Source: Fimbriosthenelais zetlandica (lineage: Eukaryota). Taken from it: a DNA stretch of 64,000 nt. The stretch covers positions 10,168,001 to 10,232,000 of the forward strand of contig OZ365112.1 of NCBI GenBank assembly GCA_977030845.1. Direction: 5' to 3'. A model generated the notes under the pieces. It saw only the letters and a program-made list of their open reading frames with translations. It had not been told where the DNA came from and made no database searches. The translations under genes and the position numbers were made by a program. Below, in pieces: positions 40,171 through 54,229 of the stretch. How positions within the stretch are numbered: position 1 is the first letter of the stretch; every line of letters begins with the position of its first letter.

Positions 40171-43100
40171 TTAATCCAAAGTACATCTTTCATTGATTAA
40201 TTGGAAATCTTTTTCCAAATCAGCCGTAGATATTAATGTTCAACGGCAGTTTCACCAAAAGCTTGTATCGCATATTGCATGTGAATAACTCAAGCTTCTC
40301 AGCTTTTGCCCACACTAAAACAAACATCTAAATCCCAATGTGTGATTACTATCCCAAACTAATCCATTCTCCCTCACGCCAAGGAATCTTCCGGCCTTGG
40401 AGATCACACGGCCATTTTTCTGCTCTTTCAAAGTTCCTGGATCTCTTAAGAAAATCCCCCGTGATCGATAGGAGAAAATCCATGGAATTTCCTCCTTCAG
40501 CGGCGGGGATATTGCTCCCCTACCGGGTTTAAAGGAGACGCACAGACAAGTTGTCAAGGTGTCTAAGTAAAGGGAAAGACAATGATTCAAAGTCTGGGGC
40601 CCATTTGTAAGTAAAAGTGCAGAATTGGCCCATAGTTTTACCGTTATCGAATAGTAAATTTTGTTTGAAACAGAACATAAACTGTGTAATTAATTCATAA
40701 TTGTATTATATCATTAACTATGGCTTTAGTATATAGAGAGAATATAGCTGAGGGCTGACAGTGGGTTGTCCGGGGAATCTGTCAGTATATGAAGGGAGGA
40801 CAGTGACAGTCCCTGGGCTGCAGGGCTTACTGTCACACCTCTCCCCTACTCTCATCACATTAAGCCCAGGCTGAAATCCAAAGCCAAAGAAGAATGACAA
40901 ATAAACGCCATGCATGTTTGGCATACCCATCCAACAGGTAGGAAATATCTGAGATGACCTGAGCTATAGCCATAGCCTAGACAATATTGAAACCATCATA
41001 GAAAGTCAGCTTGGGAAGGCTCGTCTAATACCCCTACCCAAAATAAGACCTAGCACACGGTCTTCTAGCAGAATACATGGCGTGTTTCTGTACATTTAAT
41101 CTTTCCGGGGATATCTCAGAGAGATCTACATTCCAATTGGTCACTTTTTAGCCTGGATTACGTAAATTTGGATGGGTTATATAAGTATAAATTAAGTATA
41201 GTCTGTAATTAATCCAATCTCTTGCTTTAATAATTACAGTAATTGTATGGTTTTTGCCTTAATTTGTCTGATAAATGGACAAATTGAGTGAAAATGACTA
41301 AAGTAGTAAATTTCAAAAAGTCATGCATGTTTTTGTAATAATAGTGTGTGTGAATAATCATTTTGCATAGACATGTAGGAGGATGGTACGGTCTATTTGT
41401 TAACATGATAGAATGCTAAAACAAAATCTTCAGGTTTTTTTTGCCCCATGATGAAGATTTCCTGCAATAGTCTTTTTCCTGTTTGTTCTTTCTCACTCAC
41501 ACACCTAACACACATACAGAACATGAAGGCAGGTCCTCAACAAGAAATGCCACTTTCTCCCACTGCACCTGGCACCAAGACTACTATTCCCAACACCTTA
41601 CTTTTTTTTCTTCAGAAACATGACCAATTGGACATGTTAGTGATACATTATGTCTGATAGTAATATGTCTACATGCATTATAATAATCATTTCAGAACAT
41701 GGATACATGTCCCCGTTTCCAACCATATCTCCTATTGGCCTAAATGTCCCAATTCACAACCATATTGCCAGAATTAGAGCCTTTTTTAACGATAATTGTA
41801 ACCATTAAAGCCATTATTAAGCGTTTCAAAGGCAGTCTATATGTCTCTATATCTATATCTTATATATCCAGACGTCAGTTATAAAAAGTGAAATCTTGCC
41901 TGTACCTAGAGGCCCCATTCCACATTATGAGTGTTAACAACTGACAATACACCTGTGTCGCTCGCTCTCTCTCCTATGGTAGTCATCATATGAGAGCCTA
42001 CCACTTAACATTAAGTAAAGTCAAGCTGGATGCCTGCTAACACAAACAGTAATCCATTCTTAAATGAACCATCCCTCTTCCTCTTGTTTGATTATCACTA
42101 AAAAACATTGCATCTTTCAACACCCCAGCGAGGGGGAAGTCCGCTGGGCTATTGACATTGGTTCTCTCAGAGAAATGGATTGTGGTTTACCTAAGTGACT
42201 GCTGTGTGTGCTTTCTCCATACTGCCGATTGCTAAGAAGATATTAGCTCTGCAACTGGCAAAGATATTGTAGATAAGCTTTACTATGCAGAGAGATCTTT
42301 ACCTGACAATACTGCATTCTTGCTATGAAAGGGTACTTGCTATTTCAATTCATTTTGTTAACATTTTGAAAGTAAATATAGTCATTTTGGTTCTGAGATT
42401 CATCTAGGAACTTATGTTTTGGCAATTCATGGAGTTCATCATGTTATGAGGCATGTTAAGCTAATGTTTAGAACACATGTCATGTAGGATGTAAGGATAT
42501 AAGGTTAGTATTATCACCCTCTGTATCTAATATAACATAAGGCAGCTAGTCTTTGAGACCCAAGACACAGTGGGTGCATTGGTCAACCATTTGACTATCA
42601 ATTGGTACCATGTTCGTAAATAAGAAGCCACAAATCCACCCAATGTCATCAATCATCCCTCTTTACAAGGCATGCACTTCGATGATGTATATTTATCTAA
42701 TTACACATATATAATCGGATAAATCCATTGTTAAATTGAGTGAGTGTGAAGCAGGCTTGGCGTATACGCTTGTCTGACTGGGAGAGAATGCCGAGGCTCA
42801 AGTGGCTTCTGGCAGAAGGAAGCCATGTGGCTTTGCTCCACCCCAGCCATATCCCTCGGTGACAGTTACACCCGTCCCAACCTCAGATAGGATTATTTAC
42901 AGGCACTGATAGGAAAGCATGCTTTCTGCTACACTACTCTTGGGACCTCCACCCCTCCTCGCACCCTACCTCTATCCTACACATCATAAACCCTTACTTC
43001 AAACTCGCTTTTTTCATCCCGAAATTTTCCCTGATTTCAACTTTCTTAGTTTTTGTTTACATGTAATGCTTTTTAGTATGGGGTGCCGTTTTCTTCCTCT

Positions 43101-44087
43101 GTCTCACATTATGTTTCTTTATTCGACTCTTTTCTCCCAATTGCGTTCTTCCATTCCTTCCAACCGCCCTCCCCCTCCACACCTAATTCCTATCCTCGCA
43201 TATTCGTTTCTGTGTGTGACATGTCCTCTCCCCCTCTCTCACTCTGTCTCTTTGCGGAAAGAATATTTCGATATTCATTATAATCAGATCAGACTTGCTC
43301 ACATATTCTGACACAAGCTGCGAATCAAAGAGAGGAGAGATGTTGGAATATTAATGTAATATGCATCAGCTACTGGGGCGTCCCACTTACATCAGAGAGT
43401 GCCCCAGGCAGTCCAGTAGATGGAACAACACTCACATACCTCTCTACCCCGTACCCGACTAACACTTGCTCTGCCATTACAAGTAAATGAGCGATTAATT
43501 AATTAATTAATCCCAATACAGACAAGTGTCATTTCCTGCACTCTTAATTCATCCAAGCATAGGAATAACCAATTTAGTTAAACTTGCAGCAAAATTACGC
43601 AGAAACCATAGACAGCGGTTTTGACAATATAAAGTCCTACCTTGATAATTACGTTTCGAAAAATAATCTAGTTCTGGTAACTATCCAGGCACCAACACTA
43701 CTATGAGAAGTTTGTAATTACAAAGGCTCTATAAAACATCTCCATAGCAACCATGTTATATTATATTCATCTGATTTCATCTACATGTATAGAGACATGT
43801 ATCTAATGACTGCCTGCCACACCTGGAGAAGCCTACCTGAATCAAATAATTAAAACTTCAACTACCATCTATTCACAGGCCATGACATAAGTGTCTATAT
43901 CTAGAAACTTCTTTGTATAACTTACATCCTTTTTCCGTCTAAAATACAACCATACTATTGTATATTTAATGGAGTACATGTATATGGAGTATAGGTGAGA
44001 ACAGGGGAAATATAAACAGCGGAAAATATTATACCTAAAACAGATCCATATTACTTGGGCAGTTCGATTGTCCTGCAGAGTTGGTGG

Positions 44088-44168
44088 CGGACTTTCCTTC
44101 CTTATATTGAACGTGAAGATTTTTCAGGGGACTTTCCACAAGCTGTCTCTCAATGATAGGGCATTTCC
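44088..44168 (+). promoter_or_regulatory. Cluster of NF-kB-like sites
   Basis: CGGACTTTCC 44088-44097, canonical GGGGACTTTCC 44127-44137, GGGCATTTCC 44159-44168. Confidence 0.4.
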
Positions 44169-47100
44169 CATTAGGAGGACTCTATATTTTGAATGTGGCA
44201 GACATGACAATCAAATATCTGGAAGACTCAAGACTAGGCTATAAACCGAAAAGCATCTTACCAAGCTTGCGTATGTACAAGCAACTTAACACTATAACAT
44301 ATTAACCATATAACATATTTATTATAATATATATGCCTTGTATTCACTTAATAAGGGTATGGGCCTAGTGATATACGTCCTGTTCACTCCAGTATGACCC
44401 TGCTTGATGGAAAGTTCATATAATATAGGAGAATGAGTTCATAAGGCTATAATAATGGACTTGCAAGATCTCTGGATATGGAGATATGCAGAGATGAAGT
44501 AGGGATCGTTTGCATAGCACCCGAATAAATTATTGATTTGTAATATGAACTAGTGTTGGATGAGCGCGTGTGATTCTAAATATTAGCTTCCACGTTTTGG
44601 AGTGTTCTCCTGGAGTGGCCTAAGTGGGCTGTGTCTGGATTTGTCACCGAGTTGGTGGAGGAGCAGGAGGAGGTTTTGGTGTTGCATCTAATGCATATCT
44701 AAATGAGCTTATCGAGGCCATAAATCATGGGTAAAAGCATGTTGTTGTTCGGGGGCAAGGATCAAGGTGTGTTTAGAAGTGGAAGATGTATTTAGATTGG
44801 ACTCGTGATTTGTGTGTGAGCTTGAGAGTGCCTTAGTACACAAACCTATTTTTTATTTTCACAGCTTTTTGAGGGTGATAAAACTAGAGCACAGGCAAGA
44901 GCTGCTCACTCGATTGTAAGGTCATGTTACTTGTAAAAGTTAATGAGTACTGGGTATTTAGAATTATCCCATTCCCCAAACCCTGGAGGGTAAACAGCAA
45001 TTCTCCCGGATCCAATCTTGGCAGGAGGGAAAAACTCAGGTTTCGACTCAGTGGATCCCAGAGGTATTATTTCTCCCCCTTGTTTGTGACCTAGACCTTC
45101 TATATGTCTCTCATGCTATAGCGAAACAATAACACAGATTAGGTCTTTTCAATTGGACATAATCGATCCAAACCAGTCATGGCTGGGGAAGGAATGTATG
45201 GAAGGTGCATTGATGGAAGGCAAGTGTTGGTGTTTTATACCAATGATGGGGAGGGAAAAGCAATGGAACGCAAGGGGTCAGTTTTAAATTCTCTTATCTG
45301 AGGAGAAACAGAGGCAGTGTTTTATTGGCAGGTTGGTGAGCAGCTCGGGGGTGGGGGGGAGGGGCTAGCTCCTCCAGGGTGAGTGATTTAACATGGAGGG
45401 GGTAGTGACAAGGAGGGGGGAGGGAGCAGCTCACAATTCATCTTATGCTGGAGTCCGATGATAGATTTGCTCTTGTTTACTCAGAGTCTGGATGGCTGAC
45501 AAAGGGGGGAGTGGTTCACGAGCAACTCATGAGCCATCCAGAGGAGAGACCAGACAGTGGAGGGGCATGAGGAGGTGGGTGGGGCCAATATAATAGCCCT
45601 GGAGGGGATGACACTGAGGGGACACACATCATCATTCACAAAAAAAAACTCCAGGGTTCCAGCGTGAGTACACAAACCTGATACCCAAGGCAGCAGGACA
45701 AAAACATAAAGCTTACCAAGCCAATGACAAGCAAGGCTGACACAAGCACCAAAAGTCATTTCAACTTTTTTTCTGTCTACTGCTAGCTTCAGTGCATTTT
45801 GGTCACTGGCCTTCTAGTGTGATAGACTACAAATGTTAGTCAATATCCCATCTGGCCTTCATTGGAAACCACTATAAATCATAGCTCATAGATTACAATG
45901 GCTAATGGCCCATTCTTGTTGATAGATGATAGCTACAACATGGTTCAACATACTCATTAAGAACTCATAATATAAGTATAAAAAATAATCTGAAAAGGTC
46001 ATGCACACGTCCCTTAGCTTTCTATCCTCGTGCTGAAGCAGAGGTCGTAAACTTGTGTGTGTTAAGACATTGGCCTTGGAACGGGTCCACCGCCAATGAA
46101 TATAAACGCTGGAACCTTATGATAGTTGGCACCGAATGAACAGAGGCCATAAAATGGCACCAGTAGCCTGGGTCAGCCTTAATAGACGAATGGCTGCTGG
46201 AGATGCCTCCCGAGCATAAAAAGAAAGGGACAGGAGCATTCTGATGAATACAAGGTGTCCTTTCTCAAGCCAAACATACGAAGATTATTTGGAGGATACA
46301 TGTTTGTGGTTGCTCAGGCTTTTTACTGACACCATGGGGTGCCAAAGGAGGTCAGAAATCACTGCTCAGTCCTTCATTTTTTCCTCACAAGGTTTCAGAA
46401 AGCATACGACATTGCATGCAAATATGCCTTGAATATCATTAATTCTATCTGCCCAGCAACAGCAAGATTGCTACTTATAAAAGAGCTTAGTGTCTGTTGA
46501 ATGATTTATATATAATTGGAAATAAATCATGCTGCACGATCATCTATACGGGCAAACGTCAGTCACCAGATGCTTTTCAGGCATTGAGGAACAGAGATCG
46601 CGGCAATGTGTGTTGCTTTCACTCTCCTGCTTTCATGAGCACCAAACACTGCCTCTGACGTCATCCTTATTGCCATATCCGGTCATAGAAACGCGAGGAT
46701 ATGTCAGCCTCCTTCATAGGAGAGTTATACACTATAGTCTCCAACACCATGGACAAAGAAAAGGATGCTTTGGAAAGCCTTAGATGTTTTGTATTGAGGA
46801 GCGGTTGGCATAGAATATAACTTGTGTATAAATATGTATTCTCCTCTTTTCTTTCTAACTAGCTCCGTTATCACACGATCTCAATTTCCTAGTCTCACTC
46901 TCCCACCAATCCTGACGTCATATTACATGGAGTTAGACCACCAGCCCATCTTTATATAGCGTACACTGATAAAACCTACACGGCTGGAAATTGGGTGATA
47001 ATTACTTTAACAAATATCTCGCTGCCTCCTAGGAAGCCTAGAGATGAGAGTTCTCTGTAGGCGAGTCCCCCCAACACCCGCTCTGCCTCCTCCTCCTCCT

Positions 47101-47649
47101 CCTCCCAGCTCCCACCTACCTCCTCTTTGGGAAGAAATTCAAAGCAGTGCAGCTAGTCGCTGCTTTTGAAAATCAAACAAGGTTTGGGAAGCAATACATT
47201 ACCTTTGTTTTCCTACAGAACTCCTGCTAAATTATGATAGATTTGCAAGCGAGTGCAAGCACTAATTAACGATCAAGCATCGTCTATTAATTGTCTAGAG
47301 ATCTTTCTTAATCACTCGCCAGCTATACATTGCTTCTCTGTCCTGTTGTAAATTATGTTATACACCCAAGCACCTAATTATGAATTATTTGTTTAAAGCA
47401 CAATGTAAATCATATAATATGAATGCATATACCATACTGCCTTAGATCTTGGAGGATAATATATGTACATAACAGGGACCAATCCTGTGTCCTATACATC
47501 AAGCAAATGAATATGGTCCCCTTATAATATGGAGAAAGGAGCAGATATTAGCTAGGAACAAATGGAAGAGCAATTGCTAAAAACAGTCGTGGAGCTGTTT
47601 GCATAAGAGGCCCAACCAATATGAACTTCTATAGAGCTTCTGTAGGCAA

Positions 47650-47960
47650 GGTTCAAAGTCCAAGCTAACTGTATCAAGCGAAATGGATGGACAGCTGGAC
47701 TGGCGCTCAATCAATCACCCCTTGCTCTTGCTTGTTCCTGAGAGTCCAAAGGCCAATGTCCAGTATTATGTACCCCAGGGGAGGGTTTTTTTTCCAAAGG
47801 TTCATATATTGAATTGCGCGTTTAGGAATGACAAGGTCTATACATTGGGCAAGCCCCCAAAACCAAGCCTTGCCTTGCCAATTGTTGGCATGGGTATTGC
47901 CCATTGTGGGTACGGCTAGCAGGGAAGCACTCACATAATACATTGTAGAAGCCATGTTGG
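47650..47960 (-). mobile_element. Possible Ngaro-like RNase H fragment
   Basis: WQGKAWF (FQGKWF), then LW.LRNK......D (LW..LRNK.I.F.CD). Confidence 0.35.
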
Positions 47961-48399
47961 TTCATGGTATTGTATCCAGCCATTATGCACAGTCCTCTGT
48001 TTTCCATGCCCATTATTTCAATTTCTATGGACAGAATTTAATGAGTGCATGGACTCTAGTGTACATGCTTGATTCTTAACAACTCTGAATGGTGTGCAAT
48101 AGCATGAATGATTCAATTTGCTGTAGAAGAGGGAAATGCAGAAACCTTTACTTGCACCTTGGTTTTCTGTGCCAATGCTTTACCCAGAAATATAATGATT
48201 GATTTTCGAGACAGATTCTAGAGTACCTTCCCTTGTAACTCAATTACCATCAATCATACAGCAATACATAAATGTGCGCTTGACGCCCCGAGGCAATAGC
48301 TTTGGGACCTGGTCGTGATTCCTTTGAATATTCACACAGGTGGTATTGGCAAGTGTTACAATATTAAAAATACATATGGCCTTTGGTGTCTTTAAAAGG

Positions 48400-49050
48400 T
48401 GGAGTGACTTTGCAGTGCCAGTAATGTTTCTGCCCTCTCATATCAATGGCCATCAATTTTTCGGCTCGGGACGAGTAGGAAACGCGCTGCTGGTACAGAA
48501 TGGTTTGCAGTATAGGAGGCATGGCTGGCTTTTGCTATCTCTTAGCAGCATTGGATGGAGGAGGTCAAAGGAAGATTTGGGTAATCTTTGGGGAACCTAG
48601 GAATCTCCACATTCAAGTCGAACGATCTAACGTCTGAGTTAGTGTCCCATCCCACAGACAATGGTCAAGTAGGTCTGCAGGTGTGCTACAAGTACTCATT
48701 ACCTTTAGTAATTACTCCAGGACCTTCTGACTGTTGAGTAACTGGTATGAGACAAGAGATACTGAAAGATAATTAAGGCTTGCAGTAAAGCACAGCACGG
48801 GGTTGATGGGGATGATGTTATTTAGCACATTGCGGCGTCGTCAGAAGACATTAGTTCATGGCATGACAACATGGCTGGGGAAAATTGAAGCATGAGTATC
48901 GGCGATTGTGTTGACCCGGATAAAGGGAGACACGCCAAGGTTCCTTGTGATTATTCATCACATTTATTTGGCCTCCTTGATGGATGGGCCTGTAAATACC
49001 CCTCATTGATGTACATTGGTCACCAGGGACCCGGAAAGCACTGCTTGGAG
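48400..49050 (+). mobile_element. Decayed Ngaro-like RT C-terminal/RNase H relic
   Basis: RVGNALL (RPGRTFL), KEDLGNLW (ADL.WW), TDNGQVG (TDASG.VG), CDYSSHLFGLLDG (CDNQAVVHIINKG, same spacing), KYPSLM (KDPLIM). Confidence 0.55.
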
Positions 49051-50509
49051 TGGTGGGTATTAGACAAATTAGCCCTGGGCTTACTTGATTGAAGGGCATC
49101 GGGGAACGGTCTGAATGCAGCTCCCACTCGGTGGGAAAACATTGTATGCGGCCTTCAATGGCTATAGCCAAGATTTATACAAATAGGCTACCAGATTTAC
49201 AATGTACAAACAAGTGAAGAGCTGACGCGATTGACAGAGGAAGGACAAGTCTCTTGTTTGAGTTGACGTTGTCATGGTGAAGGGAAAAAATCAAGGGAAG
49301 CAGTCAATTGCATTCTAAGTAAACCAACTCTTTTCCTCCCCATGTTATGGAAACCATGGCAGAAAAATGTGAATGTTAAAATTGTGACTCCCTCATTAAC
49401 AGGAAATTTAAAATGAGGCTTCACCTTTAATTGATGGATCTGGAAGGAAATGTAAGAGGACTTCATGTGAAAAGATATTTTCCATAGAAGGATTTTTAAA
49501 CAATCGTTCTCCAGCTAGAAAGAGGACTCAGTGCCACCTTGGTGAACGGGGTCACATGATCCAACACTCATTAATCACCATGGAAACCAGCGTTCTGGTT
49601 ATCTCCTGGCCAATTTAAGGCCTAGACACACTATGCCTTATCATCCAGGCTTCATTCTGCCCCAGCCTCAGCCAGGACTGGGAGTGTAACATTGGTGTCA
49701 GGCCAATGGCCTTTCCCCCAATGCTTTTTTCTTTCAGCCCATTACCAGAAAAGACCTTATTCCCGGCATTGAGGCATATTTTCTTGTACTGTGCGAGACT
49801 GGGCCGAGATATGTGATGGACTGGTGATAATATGGCAGCGCTCCTATCACGGCAAGGTGCATTCTTATCAATGTCCATTCCCTGCCCAACTCTGCCTCCA
49901 CTACCATGATTGATTAAGCCAATGGCTACTCCCAGCCCATGATTATATTATTTTTCTACAAGTTATGATCATATTTCATTGAAAATCACCGGGGTTCATA
50001 TCTAATCACAGGGCAATCCTTTCAATGGAGAGCGAGGCGAGAGGCCAATGAGGTTTTTTTTCTGTCGGTGGTTTTATCGATTGGCGTGTCTGAGAAAAAA
50101 TGAAATATCTAGCGTTTTCTCGAGTCGTTCAAGGCGGGAGATGGAGTTAAGGGAGAAAGGGGACGTGGCAGGAGGCATAATGAGGTGTATGTGCTAGATT
50201 TTGTGAACGTGTCTCCTGTGAAGAGGGTGTTCTTTCACATAGAAGCAATAGACGCCTGGTCAGCGTCCATGGCTTTTACTTATGACAGGAGGAGACGGTG
50301 AATGCTGAGTGAAGGCTGATGGAGGCAATGTCAATGATGGAGCCAGACGACATCTGATTCTACTGAAGCTCGGGGAAGGTAAAGGCAAGGGAAATGTGTG
50401 GATATGAGGGACAGTCATTTCATACATAATTATGCCATCCACCTCTAATACAAGACAGACATTCTACTGGAAACATGTATTCAGAAGGACATGGTCTTGT
50501 CTGCCTCGT

Positions 50510-50660
50510 TCCTCCCACCCCGATCTTGGTACCGTTCCCTCTACTTATCCCAGCATGTTCCCTTCCTTCTCCCCTAATTCCCCGTCAACACCAATGCTGT
50601 CTTTCTTAAAGAACCCCCGTCTTCCCTTGCCACCAAACCGTGTTCGACTCCGAAAGCCAA
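50510..50660 (+). mobile_element. Possible Ngaro-like RT C-terminal fragment
   Basis: DLGTVP (ELGVP), PSTPMLSFL (PSTCITFL), RLP; the region is C/T-rich, which raises the chance of spurious matches. Confidence 0.3.
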
Positions 50661-51489
50661 CCTGTAGCTTCTGTACATTTAAAACTGTTAAAGCAATATG
50701 ACCAAAGAGTAACCTTTGAAATCTGATATGTTGGATTAGAGTTGAGGAAACCTTTAACTTGCTGGCTATGTTGGTGGTATGCATTGCCTTGCCCAGCTCC
50801 CAACCCCTCCGATCCTCACTCCATTCACATTAGGCCCCAGTAGGCACACACTGTGATTTGGTGGTCGGGAAGAGAAGCAAATTGACAAACGGTTTCTCCC
50901 GCCTAATTTCTGACCTTCAAGATCTAACAGTGCCAGTCACCCAACGCTGACAGGCAAACAGGGCGAGCAAACAGCATGTAGGCGGCCCGACCAAGGTGAC
51001 AGTTGGATCCAGACTTTAGATCAAGGCTTTGGATTGCAGCCGAGACTGCATCCACACATCCACATATAACTTTTCAGATAAATCCAACAATTATCTGTCT
51101 CTAATCTCCATAAGAACGATATGTCATATTTGATATACAACATATATGTCAGTGTAGCAGCACGGTCCATTATCTTCCATGATTATGATTCATGTGCTTT
51201 GGTCGTATGCCTCCGAGGGAGATTACGTGGCAGGTGCTGGCTGCATTAAGCATAAATAACAGATCCGCCTATCATTGGGGGTGAGCAAGAATGCAGCAAG
51301 ATGTTTTTAACGGGTGACAAATGTAGTTTCTATGAAGGAGATTGTAATGTAATGATAAGGGGAGCAGGGGGAGGGGGTGGGTGGGAGTTGGGCAGGCAGA
51401 CAGACAACATAGGACTTGCCAAACGGCGCGATATCATGCTACATTCCAATGTATTCTCTCCTCCTTCGGTGCTGCTTGCTCCACAGAGA

Positions 51490-51690
51490 GAGGGAGAGTG
51501 GTAATGGAGAGGGAGATGGAGAGAGAGCGCGGGAGGGAAGAGAGAGGAGGAAGAGGAGGAAGAGGGGGAAGGAAGGAGGAAGAGGGAGATGGAGGGAAGG
51601 AGGTGGGGAGAGAGGATAGATGCAGGAGAGGGAGGAAGGGAGAGAGATGCAGAGAGAGAGAGAGGGAGATGTAGGGAGAACAGAGCAGAA
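51490..51690. repeat. GA-rich tract (about 200 bp)
   Basis: Degenerate (GA)n/(GGA)n purine run on the + strand. Confidence 0.9.
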
Positions 51691-52501
51691 TGATCAAAAT
51701 AACTCGACTATTCGATCCCAGTCTAGTATAACTGCAGGCATGAATTAAACTGATTTCAGTATCCTCTATGTCCGTCTATTTTGGCTGTAGGACATTTTAT
51801 CCGCCAAACAAGCTTCCTCCCCGTATAGACAATGATCTATTACCCGCCATGTTTTGATCAACCAGGTTTTAAATCACATATATCTTGCACACATATCATG
51901 ATAGATATTGTATATATTTTAGGGACTCGACTTTTTAAAATTTTAATCACAGATTCGTCTCTTGACAACTCAAGTTGTAAGTATATTCTGTGTGGTAATG
52001 GCCATTCGTGAAGCAGAGATTTCACGTATGCTATAACATATATTCCATCCAATATAAAAATATCCAATATGATGTCTGTCCAATCCCCCTCTTCCAAAAC
52101 AAATTTACTATTGTTTTCGAAAGAGAAATGTTTTTAATATAGAACCAATATGATAACATTTGTGGCAGTGTTATCAATAATGGCTTTTTCCTTTCAGGTA
52201 GGGGACAATATTGTGTTGTTTATTCCTCAATACAACTGAGAGAAACCTGAGAATAGAGAAAAAATAAACGTTTTCCTCAAGGAACGGAGGCTGTTCACTT
52301 CCACTCGTATTGATCCTCATTTCCCACAGGGCAAAATTGGGAAATGATTCATCTAGGATCTAGCGAGAGTCGCAGGCCATGTTCTCCAAAGACAAACGAT
52401 TTCATCCTTACGATGATCGATGTACATATCCGGCACATGGTGAAGGCCTGCCAGGGTATATATATATAAACCCCCACAACCGCTTAATACAGAGACTCAA
52501 A

Positions 52502-52548
52502 CCCACACCCCCACACCCCCACACCCCCACACCCCCACACCCCCACCC
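52502..52548. repeat. (CCCCCACA)n octamer tandem repeat, about 5.5 copies
   Basis: cccacacccccacacccccacacccccacacccccacacccccaccc. Confidence 0.9.
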
Positions 52549-53050
52549 GACTCCACAAACCACTGGCTACTACAGTTTACTACATAATGCCATTCCCTCC
52601 CCCAACCCTGCCTCACCTTTATTGCTTAATATTCCCAGGTTTGATGGCAAATATAAGGCAGAAATAAAGAAAATTATTATGGTTATAAAACTTATGGATG
52701 ATAGTAGGAGGATGACCTTATGTATTTACGAACTTTTTAATATTGTGAAGTCATATTATTACTTAGAAGAACTTCCCACCTTGGAATTTCCTTCCGGTGG
52801 CGTATGCAGCAGTGAACATATGTTCCCAAGTCTTTTTCCTCGCTGTTTTTCTGTTTGAAAATATTTGAAGGAGGTCACGTTGTTGTTGCATTTATCAACA
52901 GTGCTTTTTCTTATATCCTCTTTTAAAAAGTACATAGCAACCATTAGCATTCTCTCTAGTGCCAAATACCTGGCTCTCCTAAAAAGACCACCAAAGTTAA
53001 TTTCCAAAAGATCGCGAATAGGATCAAATTCAATCAGAGTGGAAATTTGC

Positions 53051-53080
53051 TGGTTTCCATGGAAACCATTGGTCACGTGT
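53051..53080. promoter_or_regulatory. 18 bp palindrome containing an RFX X-box, next to an inverted CCAAT and an E-box
   Basis: TGGTTTCCATGGAAACCA (53051-53068) followed directly by ttggtcacgtg. Confidence 0.4.
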
Positions 53081-54229
53081 CCAAATGAAATTGATCAAAA
53101 CCTCGAGCTCTCTGTTCATTTTGAAATTGGACAACATTTTGCCAAGAAAGGCTGCCATGTTCTGGTTGTATTTATACCATGTTTTATGCCTGAGGCTGAG
53201 GAGGTAAATTTAGCAGGGGCCATCTTGTCTATGATCAGTATTGGATTATCATCAGAGAGAGGGGGTGAGAGTTGGTGTTGGGGATAATCTTGAGTGGAGA
53301 GATGATGATTATGATCGTGACCCTAACATATATACCTCCAGGTGATCAGTGCACCTCCTGGTCCCGCTTAGTGCATGCTGAGACCCCACAGCCATAGTCG
53401 GAGGCTTTTATGCCTAAAATCAAGGCTATTTAGTTTCCTGTGGATATTCTTTGGCCGATTTCATATTTAATCTAAGACCTTTATGTCCCGAATCAAGGCT
53501 TCAATAGTCTCATCTGGATTTTATTTGGCAGAATTCATATCAAATTGGTAGAAATTGGTAACATTCCGTAGTGCCAACACCTGGGTAAGATTCTAAGTTC
53601 CTGACAAAGTTATGCCAAGGGAAGACTGCCTTACTGCCTCTGATTTGGGGGTGACTCATAGTGAAATTTGACCAGCTGTCCTTTAAATGTCTTGAGATTA
53701 AGAGCCAAGTGAGATATTGATGTTAAAATGTGTGCTAAAATGCCAGGGCTTTTCTGGGATGAGCGCAAGGATCGAGGTGGGGGTGGAACATTCTTACCAG
53801 GCCTGTGGCTGTGAAAAACCTCATAGAGCTTCGGTAGACATAGACATATTACATGTTTCATACCTGACGATATTTCCTGCTCCACAAGCATGCCAAGCAA
53901 GGCGCGACTACTTGACAAGAAAGAGGACCGTCTTCCAGGTCTGCGTCTTGACAATAAACAAAGCTGGCTTAAGTCACTTCCCGTTAAACCGACTCGCATA
54001 CCAAGTACACAATATACTGAGGCATGCACGAATGGAAAGACCTACTGGTTGTATAGCAAGCTTTGGAATATCACGGGCTGGTTTTAGAGGGAGGTTTTAG
54101 GATTCCATTGCTGAACATAGCTGTTACAAGTGGGCTTGTTATCACATTTCAAGCAAGATATCCCTCTGCTGGTCTGGGCCTAACTCCACTGGCCTAGATG
54201 GGTGGAATTTGCAAAGAAAAATCATCTCC

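Noticed and set aside
50642-50650. B-box-like GTTCGACTC
   Set aside because: No A box or cloverleaf; not a tRNA or SINE.
51381-51697. Glu/Arg/Gly-rich and Pro/Ser/Leu-rich ORFs (also 33525-33918, 42919-43311, 9766-10228)
   Set aside because: Artefacts of microsatellite or low-complexity DNA.
52759-53287. Overlapping 105 and 140 aa ORFs on opposite strands
   Set aside because: No recognisable domain or splice support; the sequence looks like non-coding repeat.
53717-54100. ORF with vague YR-like stretch (ARRDYL, PLNR)
   Set aside because: No catalytic H-x-x-R or Tyr motif in register; it abuts an opposite-strand RT relic.
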